41,662 bases of DNA from contig CAYIFS010000001.1 in assembly GCA_964362775.1 (NCBI GenBank), forward strand, positions 6,828 through 48,489, read 5' to 3'. A model generated the notes under the pieces. The model was not told the DNA's origin and searched no databases. It worked only from the letters and a program-made list of their open reading frames with translations. Each line of letters starts with the position of its first letter. Positions within the stretch are counted from its first letter, which is position 1. This document shows, piece by piece, positions 25,846 through 34,962 of the stretch. Made by a program: the position numbers and the translations under genes. This DNA is from an uncultured Candidatus Saccharibacteria bacterium (GTDB taxonomy: Bacteria > Patescibacteriota > Minisyncoccia > Portnoybacterales > GWB1-42-6).

Positions 25846-27654
25846 ATGAATGTTTTAGGATTAAAAATTAAAAAGCACGACACGGGCGCCGCATTGATAT
25901 CCGATGGCGAGGTCGTGGCGATCGCCGAAGAGCGCCTTTGTCGGATTAAACACTCTTTTGATATTTTTCCAAGGCTCGGTATTGATTATTGCTTGGATAC
26001 CCTGAAAGTCAAGCCGGAAGAAATAGATCTTGTGGTGATAGATCAGGTTGATTTGCGGGAAAAAATTCCGATGAAAGAAATTTTTCTCCAAGAAACCAGA
26101 AACAGATTCAGCCGTGCTTCAATTGAAGTGATCAATCATCATGACGCCCACGCCGCTTCGGCTTTTTTCTGTTCGCCGTTTGAAGAAGCGGCGATTTTGG
26201 TCTACGACGGCTCGGGAGAAAAATTCAAATCGCATTTGGGAACGGCGGCGACCGAAACGGAAACTCTTTATCGGGGCAAGGGAAATAAATTTTTTCAACT
26301 TCAAAAAACAGCTCATTTAAGGGAAGCCAAGGCCTTCCCTTACACTTTTGGCATCGGCAAGCTTTATTCTTTTATCTCCAGTCTTTATCTTAATTTTGGC
26401 GCTTATAATGAAGGTAAAATGATGGGATTGGCGCCTTACGGCAACAATTCCATTCTTAAACAATTTCCTTTTGAAGATTGGTTTGCCGAAAAAGAAGGTC
26501 ATTTGATCTGTAATGCCCGGATAACCTTTCCCGGATCTTCTAAATTGGAAAAGCTGGGCAAGATAAAAAGCATCGGCGAATTTATTAAGATCGCGCGCCA
26601 TTATTTTAAAATCAAAGCCAGGGTTGCGGCTGGTCGGCTTTTTTGGAAACTATATAGATTTTCTCATTTTAAAGAATTATTCTTTGAGCCGTTGATCTTT
26701 CAAAAAGTTTTTCTGCCGCGGCCTCCTCGCGTTCAAGCCGACAAGCTGCCCGACGATTATTATTCCTCCGTGGCTTTTGCCATTCAAAAGGTAATGGAAG
26801 AAATCGCGGTCCGATGGGCTTTAAAAATCAAAAACATGACCGGCGCTCAAAATCTTTGCGTGGCGGGGGGATTGGGTTTGAATATTGACACCAATAAAAA
26901 GTTTTTAGATGAAGCGAGATACGAAGATATTTTTATTCAGCCGGCTTCGTCCGACACCGGCGTGGCGTTGGGTTGCGCGCTTTACGGGTGGCATATGATT
27001 TTAAATCAGCCTCGGTTTTGGCAAATGAAGAACGCCGAATTAGGCAAAAAATATAACGAAGAAGATATTCAACAGGCGCTGGAAGAAAGAAAAGAAGAGA
27101 TTATTGTGAAAAAATCTTCCGCGATCGCTTCCGAAGCCGCCCAGCTGATCGCTCAAGGAAAAATTATCGGCTGGTTTCAGGGAGGAGCCGAATACGGTCC
27201 GCGGGCTTTGGGTCATCGTTCTATCCTTTGTAACGCCGGGGTGAAAGAGATGAAGGATATTTTGAATAATCGAGTAAAACATCGTGAGCCCTGGCGGCCC
27301 TTTGCCGCTTCGGTTTTAAAAGAAGAGGTGGCTCAATGGTTTGAATTGGAGAAAGAGAGTCCTTTTATGCTTTTGGTTGCTTCGGTCAAAAAAGAGAAAC
27401 GGGAGCTTATTCCTTCTGTCGTGCATGTGGACGGCACTTGCCGGATCCAGTCGGTTGATAAAGAAAATAACCGGCCTTATTATGATTTAATCTCCGCTTT
27501 TTATAAATTGACCAAGATGCCGATGGTTTTAAACACTTCTTTTAATCTGGGGGGCGAACCTATTGTGGAAACGCCGCAAGACGCTTTGTCGTGTTTTCTA
27601 AGGACTGAGATGGATTATTTGGTGATAGAAGATTATCTGGTGACAAAAAAATAA
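25846..27654 (+). CDS. NodU/CmcH-family carbamoyltransferase
   Basis: The N-terminus is MNVLGLKIKKHDTGAALISDGEVVAIAEERLCRIKH. The C-terminal part has GPRALGHRSIL, VHVDGTCRIQSV and NTSFNLGGEPIVETPQDAL. Confidence 0.85.
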   Translation: MNVLGLKIKKHDTGAALISDGEVVAIAEERLCRIKHSFDIFPRLGIDYCLDTLKVKPEEIDLVVIDQVDLREKIPMKEIFLQETRNRFSRASIEVINHHDAHAASAFFCSPFEEAAILVYDGSGEKFKSHLGTAATETETLYRGKGNKFFQLQKTAHLREAKAFPYTFGIGKLYSFISSLYLNFGAYNEGKMMGLAPYGNNSILKQFPFEDWFAEKEGHLICNARITFPGSSKLEKLGKIKSIGEFIKIARHYFKIKARVAAGRLFWKLYRFSHFKELFFEPLIFQKVFLPRPPRVQADKLPDDYYSSVAFAIQKVMEEIAVRWALKIKNMTGAQNLCVAGGLGLNIDTNKKFLDEARYEDIFIQPASSDTGVALGCALYGWHMILNQPRFWQMKNAELGKKYNEEDIQQALEERKEEIIVKKSSAIASEAAQLIAQGKIIGWFQGGAEYGPRALGHRSILCNAGVKEMKDILNNRVKHREPWRPFAASVLKEEVAQWFELEKESPFMLLVASVKKEKRELIPSVVHVDGTCRIQSVDKENNRPYYDLISAFYKLTKMPMVLNTSFNLGGEPIVETPQDALSCFLRTEMDYLVIEDYLVTKK

Positions 27655-27656
27655 TG

Positions 27657-27687
27657 AAAATAGCCCCGCCGAAGCGGGGCTATTTTT
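27657..27687. terminator. Bidirectional Rho-independent terminator between convergent genes
   Basis: aaaa-TAGCCCCGC-cgaa-GCGGGGCTA-ttttt. Confidence 0.8.
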
Positions 27688-27707
27688 GTAATAAAGAGAG
27701 GAATGAA

Positions 27708-29054
27708 TTATATTCCTCCGCCGCTTAAAATGGTTTTGATGGTTTTTAGGATGATCGCAAGTTCCAGAATCAATGAGCGATTTTTGATATAATAAAGGTC
27801 AAATTGGAGTTTTTGGAGGGTATCTTCGATTGATGAGCCGTAGGGATATTTTATTTGCGCCCAGCCGGTCAGGCCGGGTTTAATAGTGTGGCGGATTTGG
27901 TAGAAGGGGATCTTTGCTAAAAGCTCATTGGAAAAAGCGAACTCGGGCCGTTCTGGCCTGGGTCCGACAAAAGACATATCGCCGCGCAAAACATTCCAAA
28001 GTTGGGGCAATTCATCAAGGCGAGTTTTGCGCAAAAATTTGCCCACGTGGGTAACGCGCTCGTCATTTTTTTGGGCCCATTGGGCGCCTTCTTTTTCGGC
28101 GTCGCGAACCATCGTCCGAAATTTTATCACTTCAAAAATCCGATTATCTTGGCCGACCCTTTTCTGGCGATAAAAAATCGGACCGGGCTTGTCTATTTTT
28201 ATCAAAAAAGCGACAAGTGGCAGAATCACTAAAGTAAAAAACCCCAGAATTAAAGCGGCCAGAATATCAATAATCCTTTTTAGCATTTCAAAAAAAACTT
28301 TTCGGCCGGTCATCAAGTTTTCCAAAAACCAGACTTCTTCAATCGCCGAAACCGGGATTTTGCCGGTGATTTTTTCATAGAAGCTCGGCAGATCGGCCAG
28401 CATCACTTTTAAGGGGATACATTGATAAAGATTGCGGACAAGTTCCGCGTCTTTCCTGGGATCAACGCTCGTCACCACCACCTGGATCTTTTCCTGAACT
28501 ATAGTATCTATCAAATCATAAAGGATTTTTACTTCCGCGGGATCAACGATTTTTTTGATGCGGTAGCCCAATTGCGGATTATCTTTAATATATTTTATTA
28601 ATTCCTGGCTTTCTCGGCTTTGGCCGATAACCAGGACATTGTTTAAAAGAGCGGATGTTTTCACAAAATGATTATAGAACTGGCGCCAGAAGATAAAAAA
28701 GAGCGCGAAGAGCCCGAGGTCGATGAAAAGATTGGTTTTGGGAGTGATGTTAAAATAAGAAAAGAAATAGAAAAAAGCGATGGCCAAGAAAGCGTTGATT
28801 ACCAAGGCTTTGGCCAGGGTCACGAAGAAATAGATATTGTTGCGCGCGACACTTAGATCGTAGAGGCCGATGATGTAAAAAACGAGCAGCCAGAGAAAAT
28901 AGATGACGGAAAAAGCGGAGAAATGGTCCCCCCAAAAATTTTCCCAATTATCCCCATATCTTAAAAACAGCGTCAAAAAAAGCGCCAGATATAAGATTAG
29001 GATATCGCCGGCCACCAGCATGAAAGTTTTTATTTTATTGACTAGGGCGCTCAT
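27708..29054 (-). CDS. Polyprenyl-phosphate sugar-phosphotransferase (bacterial sugar transferase, WbaP/EpsB-type initiating enzyme)
   Basis: N-terminal TM helices and a Rossmann-like linker precede KRIIDILAALILG, PIFYRQKRVGQDNRIFEVIKFRTM and DELPQLWNVLRGDMSFVGPRP. Confidence 0.85.
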   Translation of the reverse strand: MSALVNKIKTFMLVAGDILILYLALFLTLFLRYGDNWENFWGDHFSAFSVIYFLWLLVFYIIGLYDLSVARNNIYFFVTLAKALVINAFLAIAFFYFFSYFNITPKTNLFIDLGLFALFFIFWRQFYNHFVKTSALLNNVLVIGQSRESQELIKYIKDNPQLGYRIKKIVDPAEVKILYDLIDTIVQEKIQVVVTSVDPRKDAELVRNLYQCIPLKVMLADLPSFYEKITGKIPVSAIEEVWFLENLMTGRKVFFEMLKRIIDILAALILGFFTLVILPLVAFLIKIDKPGPIFYRQKRVGQDNRIFEVIKFRTMVRDAEKEGAQWAQKNDERVTHVGKFLRKTRLDELPQLWNVLRGDMSFVGPRPERPEFAFSNELLAKIPFYQIRHTIKPGLTGWAQIKYPYGSSIEDTLQKLQFDLYYIKNRSLILELAIILKTIKTILSGGGI

Positions 29055-29136
29055 AAGACTTTCTTATTCTACATTTTTTTGGGCCTTTTGGCAATCTTTT
29101 AAAAAAACAAATTTTCTGTTATTATGAAATAATAAA

Positions 29137-30954
29137 ATGTCAAAAAGAACCCAGACAGTATTAAAATTGTTTTTCAGTTTTTTGATCGGAACGGCGTTTC
29201 TGGGTTGGGGGTCTTGGGTTTCGGCTTTTACACTGGGAGAAACCAAGACATTTAAAATTTCCCCGGCTTATGACTCAATGGACCGTTCTCAGATTCGAGC
29301 GACATTGCGTTTTGTAGGCGACAAAGCGGTTTTTTATATTGACGATGATTATTGGGGAAAATTGACCGACTATAAGATCGTGAACGAAGTGGTCAGCGAC
29401 CTGATGGTTGAATTTGATCAGAAGATCTATCCTCAATTGACCAAAATTCTCGGTTCGGAATGGAGCCCGGGGATTGATAATGAATTGCGGGTGGTGGTCT
29501 TGATATTTAAAATGAAAAGTACTGCCGGCGGATATTTTGACAGCACCGATGAATTTCCCAAAAGTGTTTTGCCTCTTTCAAATGAAAATGAGCTCATTTA
29601 TTTAAATAGCTCTTTTTTGAATACGCCCAGAACGAAAATCTATTTAGCTCACGAATTTCAGCATCTGATTACTTTTTATCAAAAAGAAAAATTACGGAAT
29701 GCGGTTGATGATATTTGGTTTAATGAAGCTCGTTCCGAATATGTTTCCACTTTTTTGGGTTATGACGATAATTTTATCGGCAGCAATTTGCAAAAAAGGA
29801 TCGATGAATTTTCTCGCAATTCGTCCGATTCGCTCACTGAATGGCAAAATGAGAATGGGGATTACGGGTCGGTCAATCTTTTTCTCCAGTATTTGATTAG
29901 TCGTTACGGCCAAGGGCTTTTGAATAAAATTATGAAAAATGAATTGGCCGGCGCCTTGAGCATCAATCAGGCGATGGCCGAATCGGGTTTTGACGAAAAA
30001 TTCAATAATGTTTTTTTGAATTGGGTCGTGGCCAATTTCTATAATGATTGTCTTTTGGGCGACGGGCGAAAATATTGTTATTTCAACCCTGCCTTATCAA
30101 ATTTTAAAGTTTCACCAACTTTAACCAATATTTTGCCAAATCAGGGCGGGTTCACTTTTTCTTTTTCCGACAAAATCAAAGATTGGTCCGGGCACTGGTA
30201 TAAAATTTCGGGTGGTGGAACAGATCTTAATCTGAATCTGGAATTTTCCGGAGAAGCAAGCGCCAATTTCCAAATACCGGTGGTGGCGGAAAATTTTAAT
30301 AACGAAAGATCAATCCGTTTTTTGAAAATTGATGAAAAGGGCAAGGCCAAAGAAAATTTTTTGGGTTTCGGTTCTCAAATTAAAAATATTGTTTTAATGC
30401 CTTTCAGCCAAGGCAAAATTTCGGGTTTTTCCGCCAATGAACCCTTTCACTCTTTCTCTTTTTCTGTTTCTTTGGCCTCTTCTTCGGCCCCCGTCTTAAC
30501 GCCCGCGCCCGCTACCAATAATTCGGCGACGCCGATTATTACGCCGGCGCCGGCTCCTGTTAATAATCCCTTGCCTCTCTCATCGGAGATCAAGCCAACG
30601 ACTTACCCGGACGGTTCTTTGCTTCGCGCTAAAAACGATTTTAAGGTTTATGTTATAAAAGGAGAGTTTAAGCGTTGGTTAAAAACATGGGAAATTTTAG
30701 CGTCTTATCCGCATCTTTTGCGACAAGATATCATTGAAACGAATTCCGCGGGATTAGATCAATATAAAAATTCTTGGTTGGTTCGCGCCAATGGCGATTT
30801 CAGGGTCTATGAAATAAACGGCGATGGCACAAAGCATTGGCTTAATATGAGCGCTGAAAATTTTTCAAATTCGGGTCGGGATTGGAAGATGGTATATGAA
30901 ATAAATAAAAAAGAACTGACGTATTACCAGACGGGGGCGAATGTGATAAGATAA
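29137..30954 (+). CDS. Secreted/anchored gluzincin-like zinc metallopeptidase with a Pro/Thr linker and two C-terminal repeats
   Basis: The evidence is:
- an N-terminal hydrophobic signal/anchor (LKLFFSFLIGTAFLGWGSWVSA);
- YLAHEFQHL (HExxH) followed 20 aa later by FNEARSEY (thermolysin-type NEAxSE glutamate);
- the linker SSSAPVLTPAPATNNSATPIITPAPAPVNNPLP;
- the repeats LLRAKNDFKVYVIKGEFKRWL and WLVRANGDFRVYEINGDGTKHWL. Confidence 0.55.
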   Translation: MSKRTQTVLKLFFSFLIGTAFLGWGSWVSAFTLGETKTFKISPAYDSMDRSQIRATLRFVGDKAVFYIDDDYWGKLTDYKIVNEVVSDLMVEFDQKIYPQLTKILGSEWSPGIDNELRVVVLIFKMKSTAGGYFDSTDEFPKSVLPLSNENELIYLNSSFLNTPRTKIYLAHEFQHLITFYQKEKLRNAVDDIWFNEARSEYVSTFLGYDDNFIGSNLQKRIDEFSRNSSDSLTEWQNENGDYGSVNLFLQYLISRYGQGLLNKIMKNELAGALSINQAMAESGFDEKFNNVFLNWVVANFYNDCLLGDGRKYCYFNPALSNFKVSPTLTNILPNQGGFTFSFSDKIKDWSGHWYKISGGGTDLNLNLEFSGEASANFQIPVVAENFNNERSIRFLKIDEKGKAKENFLGFGSQIKNIVLMPFSQGKISGFSANEPFHSFSFSVSLASSSAPVLTPAPATNNSATPIITPAPAPVNNPLPLSSEIKPTTYPDGSLLRAKNDFKVYVIKGEFKRWLKTWEILASYPHLLRQDIIETNSAGLDQYKNSWLVRANGDFRVYEINGDGTKHWLNMSAENFSNSGRDWKMVYEINKKELTYYQTGANVIR

Positions 30955-30966
30955 ATTTTTAATAAA

Positions 30967-31923
30967 ATGTTTTTCTTTAATCAAAAACCGAATATCCAAG
31001 AAAATATTTCTCTGGCCGGCCATACGACTTTCCGCATCGGCGGGCCGGCGCGATATTTTCGCGAGGTTAAAAATAAAGAAGAATTGGTTGAGGCGATAAA
31101 ATGGGCAAAAAAGAAGAACCTGCCGTTTTTTATTTTTGGCGGCGGTAGCAATTTGTTGGCGAGCGACGAGGGATTTAGTGGGCTGGCAATAAAAGTTAGA
31201 AGTGAAAAGTTAGAGGTGAAAAGCCGTGATGATAAAATTAAGCTTGTTGAAACGGAAGCCGGCGTGCCATTGATAAAGGTGGTTTTGGAATCAATCAAAG
31301 ACGGTTATTCGGGACTGGAATGGGGATTTGGAATTCCGGGAACGGTCGGCGGGGCGATCTTTGGCAATGCCGGACGACTGGGGCAAAGTATTTCGCAAGT
31401 CGTGGAAAGCGTGAAAGTTTTTGATCTGGATTCTTTGAAAGAAAGAGAATTTAATCCCAAAGATTGTGATTTCAAATATCGCGGGAGCCGATTTAAAGAA
31501 GGAGGATGGATTATTTTAAGCGCGGTTTTAGAGTTTAAAAAAGCGGAGAAAGAAGAAATTGAGAAAGTTTTAGCCAAGGCCAAAGAAGTCATTAAAAATT
31601 CACCGCCTTGGCCCAGTGTTGGTTGCATTTTTAAGAACTATCAAGTGAAAGGCGAAAATGATATTTTGCTCAAAGATCATTCGGAGCTTGTCTCAAGAGT
31701 GCGGGGCGGAAAAATCGGCGTGGGATTTTTAATTGATCAATGTGGTTTGCGAGGCCGGCAAATTGGCGGCGCCAGAATTTGGGAGGGTCACGCTAATTAC
31801 ATCGTCAATATCGGCGGCGCCAAGGCTCGGGACGTTTTAGAAATCATTGGGATTGTCAAGGGGGCGGTTAAGGAAAAATTCGGAATGGAATTAGAAGAGG
31901 AAATTAGACGATTGAATTGTTGA
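30967..31923 (+). CDS. murB: UDP-N-acetylenolpyruvoylglucosamine reductase
   Basis: It has LAGHTTFRIGGPARYF, FIFGGGSNLL, GIPGTVGGAIFGNAG and the C-terminal MurB domain (SVGCIFKN, GGARIWEGHANYIVN). Confidence 0.9.
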   Translation: MFFFNQKPNIQENISLAGHTTFRIGGPARYFREVKNKEELVEAIKWAKKKNLPFFIFGGGSNLLASDEGFSGLAIKVRSEKLEVKSRDDKIKLVETEAGVPLIKVVLESIKDGYSGLEWGFGIPGTVGGAIFGNAGRLGQSISQVVESVKVFDLDSLKEREFNPKDCDFKYRGSRFKEGGWIILSAVLEFKKAEKEEIEKVLAKAKEVIKNSPPWPSVGCIFKNYQVKGENDILLKDHSELVSRVRGGKIGVGFLIDQCGLRGRQIGGARIWEGHANYIVNIGGAKARDVLEIIGIVKGAVKEKFGMELEEEIRRLNC

Positions 31924-31939
31924 TTTTTTTAATTTACTC

Positions 31940-31968
31940 TTTACATTTAAAAATTAAGGCCTCATAAT
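31940..31968 (+). promoter_or_regulatory. Candidate promoter TTTACA-17-CATAAT
   Basis: The hexamers are at 31940-31945 and 31963-31968, upstream of hpf. Confidence 0.4.
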
Positions 31969-31995
31969 TAAATTAAGAAAGAAAATTTTTCAAAA

Positions 31996-32385
31996 ATGAA
32001 AATCATTTTAAAAAATAAAAATATTTCTCCGGATCTGAAAACGGAAAAATATTTGGAGAAAAAATTGGAAAGCTTGAAAAAATTCTTGAAAAATTTCAAT
32101 CAGGAACTTTTATTGGTGGAAGTGGAACTCGGCAAAGTCACCGGCCGCCAAAGAAAAGGCGATATTTTTCGCGCGGAGATCAATTTGTCCGTCGGGGGTG
32201 GGAAGATTTTTCGGGTGGAATCGGAGCAGTCCGACCTGTATTCGGCGATTGATGAAGTGAGAGACGATCTGGAGCGGGAAATCAAAAAATTTAAAACCAA
32301 GAACGAAACTATTTTCATCCGTGGTAGCCGGAGTTTGAAAAAGAAATTCAATATTTCTCCGTTGGCGCGTTTTCGCACTAAATAA
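31996..32385 (+). CDS. hpf: Ribosome hibernation promoting factor / RaiA family (S30EA)
   Basis: It has YLEKKLESLKKFL, VEVELGK and FRAEINLSVGGGKIFRVESEQSDLYSAIDEVRDDLEREIKKFK. Confidence 0.8.
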   Translation: MKIILKNKNISPDLKTEKYLEKKLESLKKFLKNFNQELLLVEVELGKVTGRQRKGDIFRAEINLSVGGGKIFRVESEQSDLYSAIDEVRDDLEREIKKFKTKNETIFIRGSRSLKKKFNISPLARFRTK

Positions 32386-32417
32386 ATATTGGGGAAAAGC
32401 GAGGGTTCCTCTATTTA

Positions 32418-33791
32418 ATGAAAAAAAAGAAAAAGTTCCGCGAATTCTGGAAGTTGGGCCAAGAAGACTTCAACACCCAATTTTTCAGTATTTCCAAAGA
32501 CCACGAATTGGTGGTTCATGAGGGAAATTATCAGTATAATATTTACGACCTCGTTCAGAAATTCGGGTCGCCTCTGGAAATTGCCTTCCCTTTTATCGTA
32601 GAAAGGCGTTATTTTGATTTGGTCCAGACATTCAACTTTCATATTAAGGCGTTAAAATATAAGGGGCGGTTTTCTTACCATTATCCGATGAAGGTCAACC
32701 AGAATAAAGAATTTGTTCTGCCGTTGATTTCTGAAGGCGCTAATCTTGAAACCGGTTCTTATAATGAGCTTTGGCTGGTGCGCAAACTTTGGGAGCAAGA
32801 TCAATTTCATTCTCGGATTAAAGTTATTTGCAACGGCCCTAAAACGGAAAAATATCTTGGCCTAGTGCAAGAGTTAAGAGAGAAGGGGCTTTCCATTGTT
32901 CCAATTATAGAAGACTTGAACGAATACGAAGCGTTAAAAAAATATTCGGGCGATGTAGGAATCAGGGTTAAACTTGATCTGCGAGTTAAATCCCATTGGG
33001 ATAAAAGGAATGACCGCTATGGTCTGTCGGCGGAGGCGATTTATGAATTGAGCCGGATCCGCAATTTAAAAATACTTCACTACCATATCGGTTCCCAAAC
33101 CATGGATTCTCATGATTTGATTGCGGCGGCGAAGAAGGCCGCGGGGATTTATTTGGAAATTAAAAAATTAAATCCTTCGCTTGATACTTTAGACATCGGC
33201 GGTGGTTACGCAATCCCTTATGAAAAACGGATACAATACAATTTGAATTCGGTCGTCAAAAGGATTGTTTCAATCATTGGCCATGCTTGCGATGAAGCGG
33301 GCGTGGCGCATCCCAACATCGTTTGTGAATGGGGCCGCTATATCATGGCGCCGACTCAAATCACAATATTTAAAATTTTATGCGAGAAGCCGATTGACAA
33401 GGGGTCGGCCAAAAAATGGTATATCATTGATGGCAGCTTCATGAATGATCTGATTGATACCTGGGCCATTCATCAGAAGTGGCACATTACGCCGGTTAAT
33501 AATTTACGGGCAGAAAAATTAACGCGGGTTTGGTTGGCCGGTTCTTCCTGCGATTCGGATGACCGTTATAACGCCGGGGGTACTTATATTCTTTTACCGC
33601 GGCTGGAAAATATGGACAAAGGCGATTACCAATATATCGCGCTTTTTGATACCGGCGCTTATCAAGATTCTTTGGCTTCTCATCATTGTTTATTATCTTC
33701 GCCGGCTAAAATCATTGCCCAAAACGGCGTTTTAACCATCGCCCGGCGCCACGAATCTCCAGAGGAGGTAGGCAAGATGTTCGGCTGGTAA
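32418..33791 (+). CDS. speA: SpeA-like PLP-dependent arginine decarboxylase (short form)
   Basis: The SpeA-type blocks are:
- FPFIVERRYFDL
- YHYPMKVNQNKEFV (PLP-lysine motif YPxKVNQ)
- LETGSYNEL
- HYHIGSQ
- DIGGGYAIPYE
- SSCDSDD. Confidence 0.75.
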   Translation: MKKKKKFREFWKLGQEDFNTQFFSISKDHELVVHEGNYQYNIYDLVQKFGSPLEIAFPFIVERRYFDLVQTFNFHIKALKYKGRFSYHYPMKVNQNKEFVLPLISEGANLETGSYNELWLVRKLWEQDQFHSRIKVICNGPKTEKYLGLVQELREKGLSIVPIIEDLNEYEALKKYSGDVGIRVKLDLRVKSHWDKRNDRYGLSAEAIYELSRIRNLKILHYHIGSQTMDSHDLIAAAKKAAGIYLEIKKLNPSLDTLDIGGGYAIPYEKRIQYNLNSVVKRIVSIIGHACDEAGVAHPNIVCEWGRYIMAPTQITIFKILCEKPIDKGSAKKWYIIDGSFMNDLIDTWAIHQKWHITPVNNLRAEKLTRVWLAGSSCDSDDRYNAGGTYILLPRLENMDKGDYQYIALFDTGAYQDSLASHHCLLSSPAKIIAQNGVLTIARRHESPEEVGKMFGW

Positions 33792-33816
33792 AAACGGGGT
33801 TTTAAAAAACTATTTT

Positions 33817-34962
33817 ATGAAAAGAAAAATTGTCGGCAAAAGGGTTTTGAGCGAACCGATTACGGGTTCCGAATCCACCGCCGAGCTTTTTGAAAAGGCT
33901 TTCGGCACTTATGTCGGCCGCGAAGTGCGCACCGCCTATGAAATTATTAGGCGGATGATTGAAAAAGACCATACGATCGTTTTGACTATGTCCGGCGCCA
34001 TGACGCCGGCGGATTTTGGCGTTTCTTGCATTATCCCGTTGATTAAAGCCGGTTATGTGGATATTATTACGACCACCGGCGCCAATCTTTACCACGATCT
34101 GCAGCGGTTGGAAAGCGATGATTGGTTTGAGGTAAATCCGAATCAGGGCGATATTAAGCTGAAAAAATCCGGTTGGACAAGGATTTATGACACGGCTTTT
34201 CACGAAGACGACTTATGGACCACGGACAATTTAGTGGTGGATCTGGTGCGGCGACCCGATTTTTCCCATCAGATGACCACGCCCGAATTCCATTATCTTT
34301 TAGGACGGCATTTGGCGCGTTTTGGGAAGAGAAGATATAAGCGCGCAGATTTAAACCGTAGTATTTTAGTGCAGGCTTATCGCCAAAAAATTCCGATTTT
34401 TTGCGGGGCGCCGCAGGATAGTTCCATTTTTCTGAATCTGGCATTTTTGAAAAGAAAACTCGGCCATCGTTATAAATTTGGCATAAATTTGGAAGACGAT
34501 ATCAATGAATTCGGCGCGTATCATTATTTTGCCAAGAATAAGTGGTCTAGAAAGCTTTCCATTATTATTTTGGGTGGAGGGGTGCCCAAAAACTATTCGC
34601 TACAGCCGGAACCCTACCTGACCCAAATTTGTAACATTGACGCGGGCGGCTATGATATGGATGTGCAAATTTGCGACAGCCATGTGCAAAACGGCGGACT
34701 TTCTTCCTGTACCGCGGGCGAAGCCTATACCTGGGGAAAGACCTCGGAAGACTGTCTTAAAAATTCGCAGTATGTTTTTGCCGATGTGACGGCGGTTTTT
34801 CCTTTTATTGTTCACGCTTTGTTGCAAGAAGGCGTGAAGCGTCCCGAGCCGCGGCATCTTTTGGATTATAAGGAAGAAGCAATCGCGTTCTTGGATAAGG
34901 CCTTGCGCAAATATACGCTCAAAGCATATTACGAAAAAGGCAAAAAGAATAATCATGGCTGA
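33817..34962 (+). CDS. Deoxyhypusine synthase-like (DHS family) aminobutyl transferase homolog
   Basis: It has LTMSGAMTPADFG, DIITTTGANLYHD, ILGGGVPKN and GEAYTWGK (the E-x-x-S/T-W-G-K block carrying the catalytic lysine). Confidence 0.75.
   Translation: MKRKIVGKRVLSEPITGSESTAELFEKAFGTYVGREVRTAYEIIRRMIEKDHTIVLTMSGAMTPADFGVSCIIPLIKAGYVDIITTTGANLYHDLQRLESDDWFEVNPNQGDIKLKKSGWTRIYDTAFHEDDLWTTDNLVVDLVRRPDFSHQMTTPEFHYLLGRHLARFGKRRYKRADLNRSILVQAYRQKIPIFCGAPQDSSIFLNLAFLKRKLGHRYKFGINLEDDINEFGAYHYFAKNKWSRKLSIIILGGGVPKNYSLQPEPYLTQICNIDAGGYDMDVQICDSHVQNGGLSSCTAGEAYTWGKTSEDCLKNSQYVFADVTAVFPFIVHALLQEGVKRPEPRHLLDYKEEAIAFLDKALRKYTLKAYYEKGKKNNHG

Noticed and set aside
29088-29125. TTGGCA ... TATTAT upstream of the protease gene could be a promoter.
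   Set aside because: The spacer is 26 nt, far outside the 16-18-nt window.
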